A program made the position numbers and the translations under genes. DNA of 64,000 nt from Methanotrichaceae archaeon (GTDB lineage: Archaea > Halobacteriota > Methanosarcinia > Methanotrichales > Methanotrichaceae), in the NCBI GenBank assembly GCA_963803145.1, contig CAWDLW010000017.1, positions 193,188-257,187 of the forward strand, written 5' to 3'. The notes under the pieces are model-generated. The model was given only the letters and a program-made list of their open reading frames with translations. It had not been told where the DNA came from and did no database searches. Positions 60,785 to 64,000 of the stretch are shown here, in pieces (positions within the stretch are counted from its first letter, which is position 1; each line of letters begins with the position of its first letter).

Positions 60785-61007
60785 TTCCCCCGAAGAGGGG
60801 CCAGGGGCAGCCTGCGCGGCGACTGAGCGCGCCCCGTTAACCATTAGCGCGCGAGATCCACAGACGCGTGGCACCCCAGAAAGTTAGCAGTTTGTTTTTG
60901 CATACTGCTGCAATGAGTTCCTCAGGCTAACAGCAATTACATCACTTACGGATTCCGCCTGCGGATAGCGGCTTGAAAAAATAACACCCTCACCCCTCTT
61001 CGGGGAA
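60785..61007. ncRNA. Candidate ~220-nt structured element containing copy B (60801-60882)
   Basis: Closing inverted repeat TTCCCC(C)GAAGAGGGG / CCCCTCTTCGGGGAA; lies just downstream of the RNase P RNA gene. Confidence 0.4.
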
Positions 61008-61112
61008 AGTTTCTGGAAACATAGGCGATATAGTTGATGAGGACAAAATGAACAATTTCTTAATTTGAAGAGGATATCCATCTATAATTATATACAAATC
61101 AGCAATATTAAA

Positions 61113-61416
61113 CGAGTGAGGAGAGTAAGCCCCCTTCTGTTTCGGCGGCATTTAGCTTAGCGCCATACCCGAGCTTGGCTGGACAACCAAACTATATTGC
61201 TCTATTTTGGCTTGCACCCACAGGGTTTCGCCGTTTCATCCGCCTTCGACGTGACCTCAGCCTTGCGGCATCATCGCATTAGCGCCGGGCGGTCTCGTTT
61301 CTGTGCCAGAGCCGGAGCTCTCGCCCCACATCCGTTGGGATGTCTGTGCGTCCAGAGGTGGGGGGACTTTCCACACCGACCTCAAAAGGCCAGCGGCGGC
61401 CGCCCTTCCTCTCTCG
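61113..61416 (-). ncRNA. rnpB: Archaeal RNase P RNA
   Basis: Minus strand has GGAAAGTCCCCCCACC, CACAGAAAC, GATGAAACGGCGAAACCC, GTGCAAG, AACAGAAGGGGGCTTA; paired termini. Confidence 0.93.
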
Positions 61417-61555
61417 TCTGCTGCTACTTTGTTTCACGATATTTATAGATATGGGGTGTATGGGCCAAGAAAACCCCGGCCTAAATGCCGGGGAGAAAGT
61501 CACAATGCCTTCGCCGGGGCCAAAGCTATATTCCTTATATGCCCTGCTATAAAGG

Positions 61556-62326
61556 ATGGCCAGAGATCAGAGGGATCATTACTACTGGAAGGCAAAGGAA
61601 GAGGGCTACCGCGCACGCTCGGCTTATAAGCTGCTGCAAATAAACCAAAGGTTCCATCTAATCAAAAAGGGAGACTCTGTCGTCGATCTTGGCGCAGCTC
61701 CCGGCGGCTGGCTGCAGGTTGCCCAGCAGCTATCAGGCGGGAAGATTGTGGGAGTTGATCTGGTGAAGATAGAGCCAATTCCCGGCGTGATCACCTTCAA
61801 GGCGGACATAACTGAAGAATCAACCGTTAATCTGACAAAAGATGCTATCGGCGGCAGCGCAGATGTGGTAATCTGCGATGCAGCTCCCAATTTATCAGGC
61901 ACTTGGGACGTAGATCATGCCCGATCCATAGATCTGGCAAGATCTGCCCTAATGATTGCGAAAAAACTTCTGAAACCGGGAGGCAGCTTCCTGGTAAAGG
62001 TTTTTCAGGGCGATATGTTCAATGATTATCTCAGGGACGTCAGGCATGAATTCTCTCGCGTACAGGCACACTCGCCGCTTGCATCCAGAAAAGAGAGCGC
62101 TGAGATATATATTATCGCCAAGAAGCTTCTGTCTGCGCCAGTACGCATAGGCGATGTTCGCGATGTTCAGATAGAATCTGTTGGAAAATCAGGCGATGGA
62201 ATAGCAATAGTTGATGGCTTTGCCGTGATTGTCAAGAGCGCTAAGCTAGGTGAAAAACTTCGTATAAAGATAAGTGCTGTAAAGCAGAACTTCGCCTTTG
62301 CAAATATCCTTGATAGAAAGGATTAA
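61556..62326 (+). CDS. rlmE: 23S rRNA 2'-O-methyltransferase RlmE (FtsJ) with TRAM domain
   Basis: YRARSAYKL, DLGAAPGGW, KVFQG, SRKESAEIY; C-terminal TRAM. Confidence 0.95.
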   Translation: MARDQRDHYYWKAKEEGYRARSAYKLLQINQRFHLIKKGDSVVDLGAAPGGWLQVAQQLSGGKIVGVDLVKIEPIPGVITFKADITEESTVNLTKDAIGGSADVVICDAAPNLSGTWDVDHARSIDLARSALMIAKKLLKPGGSFLVKVFQGDMFNDYLRDVRHEFSRVQAHSPLASRKESAEIYIIAKKLLSAPVRIGDVRDVQIESVGKSGDGIAIVDGFAVIVKSAKLGEKLRIKISAVKQNFAFANILDRKD

Positions 62327-62364
62327 TAACCTGTTAAAGAAAACTAAAGTGATTGGGTGACGGT

Positions 62365-62640
62365 ATGGAAGATAATGCGGTGGTCTTTATAGGCGATAAG
62401 CCTGTCATGAATTACGTGCTAGCGGTTCTAACTCAGTTCAATAAAACAGTGGGCACAGTTACTTTGAAGGCAAGGGGCAGGTCCATCTCACGCGCCGTAG
62501 ATACGGCAGAGATCACCAGAAACAGATTCATGCCCAACCTGATGATACAAGGGATAACTATAGGGACCGAGAGCATTCCGGATGATCAGGGCAGGAACAT
62601 CAACGTATCCTCAATGGAGATTGTGCTGATGAAGCAGTGA
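62365..62640 (+). CDS. albA: DNA/RNA-binding protein Alba
   Basis: IGDKPVMNYVLA, LKARGRSISRAVD, VSSMEI; GGTGA before ATG 62365. Confidence 0.93.
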   Translation: MEDNAVVFIGDKPVMNYVLAVLTQFNKTVGTVTLKARGRSISRAVDTAEITRNRFMPNLMIQGITIGTESIPDDQGRNINVSSMEIVLMKQ

Positions 62641-62915
62641 TCCCGCCTCGCTTTGTATCGCTTCCTACTGAAGCCATAATATCTTTTCTTTGTTTCAAAG
62701 TGTTTCATAGCTATTGTAGAGGAAGTCTTAGATTTAGGTATAGGGCACTGCGATCCTGAAATCCGGAATAATTAGGGATTTTAAGGATACTGTATTTGTA
62801 ACATCAGTAGCATAAATCAGTAGCATAAAGCCAGTCTTATTATTATATACTCAAACACGTGCTCTCCATTCGCCTACAGGAACAATTTTAAATGTGAAAA
62901 TCTTATTCGCATACT

Positions 62916-64000
62916 GTGACGGCATTCAAGGCTTACGATATTAGAGGTATCTATGGCACGGAGATCACTGAAGATTTAGTCAGGCGAGTAGGCGCAGCCT
63001 TTGGTTCTTATGCAGATGGTAGTCCCATATCGCTTGGAAGGGATACACGGAATAGCAGCCCCTCTCTTGAGAAGGCATTTTTGGAGGGCGCTCTTAGTAC
63101 AGGCTGTGAAGTCTACAGTTACGGGATAATCCCAATTGCCGTTCTAAGTTATATCACCTGTGCGAGATCGCTCAAGGCAGCGGCCTATATCTCTGCCTCT
63201 CATAATCCCCCGGAGTACAATGGAGTCAGGTTCAGGACTGGCGATGGCTACGGCATGCTCTATAAAGAGACAGAGATGATGAAGTTCTATAACGAGGGCA
63301 ACTTTAGGTCGGGCAAAGGGCACTTGGTTGAACTGCGATCTGAAGATGCTATTGCCAGATACTCGGATTATGTCTCTGAGAAGCTGAATATCAAGCGCCC
63401 TCTGAAGATCGTTCTGGATATGGGCAATGGCTCGGCCTGTACTATGAGACCTCTCTACAATAGCATGGGCTTTGACTCTCAAGTTCTCAATGGCGAAATG
63501 GATGGCAAATTTCCTGGCCGCGGGCCGGCTCCGACAGAGGAATCGCTTAAGCGCGCATCAGAGTTAGTTAGAAGCAGCAGGGCGAATTACGGCGTAGGCT
63601 TTGATCCTGATGCTGATCGCGGTATAGTTATCGATGATCTTGGCCGCATAGTCCCGCCGGAGAAGGTGGCCATAATTCTCGCCAGAAGGCGGTATCATTC
63701 GGGTGATCTCGTAATCGCCGGATTCGACTGCTCAATGATCATCGAGCGGCAGCTTGAGCCTGATGGCATAAGAGTAAAGCGCGAACGTGTAGGTGACGTC
63801 TTCGTCGCCAATACTGTAAAGAACTCAGGCGCAGTCCTGGGCGTTGTACGCAGCGGTCATTTCTTCCTCCCCGAGTTTCAGTATTCTGACGATCCATTCG
63901 TAATGAGCCTGGCTATTGGAGAGATACTCGCAGAAGATAAAAAAAGCTCTCTGAGCTCGCAGATGAGATACCAGATTATCCTTATGTGCAGAAGAGCATC
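62916..64000 (+). CDS. Phosphohexomutase (PGM/PMM family), partial; apparent frameshift near 63940
   Basis: Manual translation: FKAYDIRG, ISASHNPPEYNG, FDPDADR; runs off the window end. Confidence 0.85.
   Translation, partial: MTAFKAYDIRGIYGTEITEDLVRRVGAAFGSYADGSPISLGRDTRNSSPSLEKAFLEGALSTGCEVYSYGIIPIAVLSYITCARSLKAAAYISASHNPPEYNGVRFRTGDGYGMLYKETEMMKFYNEGNFRSGKGHLVELRSEDAIARYSDYVSEKLNIKRPLKIVLDMGNGSACTMRPLYNSMGFDSQVLNGEMDGKFPGRGPAPTEESLKRASELVRSSRANYGVGFDPDADRGIVIDDLGRIVPPEKVAIILARRRYHSGDLVIAGFDCSMIIERQLEPDGIRVKRERVGDVFVANTVKNSGAVLGVVRSGHFFLPEFQYSDDPFVMSLAIGEILAEDKKSSLSSQMRYQIILMCRRA

Noticed and set aside
60801-60882. Resemblance to a TPP riboswitch or twister-type ribozyme
   Set aside because: Lacks CUGAGA, the AACCUGAU/UAAU/AGGGA core and twister consensus motifs; kept only as an unidentified element
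60660-61629. Several short ORFs over the DUF99-rnpB interval
   Set aside because: They overlap GC-rich structured RNA, including RNase P RNA, and show no protein-like features
63144-63482. 112-aa minus-strand ORF
   Set aside because: Antisense to the phosphohexomutase gene, which carries clear catalytic motifs

Overview
64-kb chromosomal window from a methanogenic archaeon. Gene content (mfnF, RaSEA, FrhB-family protein, GFPP-synthase-like prenyltransferase, aIF-1A/RIO1/KH, SRP54, Alba, archaeal RNase P RNA, BHB-intron tRNA) and many secreted TPR proteins ending in AKAKELGYTG suggest Methanosarcinales/Methanotrichales (Methanothrix-like); this is inferred, not searched. Housekeeping blocks alternate with accessory regions. 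(i) An AT-rich tract after tRNA-Gly holds a gene fragment and two related hairpins with anti-Shine-Dalgarno-like loops. (ii) An island after tRNA-Arg(GCG) holds an unannotated RHH regulator bracketed by a perfect 17-bp inverted repeat and a two-gene module encoding an atypical class III nucleotidyl cyclase fusion. (iii) Five tandem paralogous exported beta-rich proteins follow SRP54. (iv) A treS-mak/GH57/treY/malQ alpha-glucan cluster has a maltokinase domain that looks catalytically dead. (v) A ~14-kb island of secreted TPR/HEAT, lectin-like and serpin genes is punctuated by a repeated 200-300-bp 'C-terminal cap + 3-prime noncoding' unit and flanked by MITE ends and two copies of an unidentified structured element. 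aIF-1A appears to start at CTG. No CRISPR array, integrase, transposase or reverse transcriptase was seen. All calls come from reading the sequence only.
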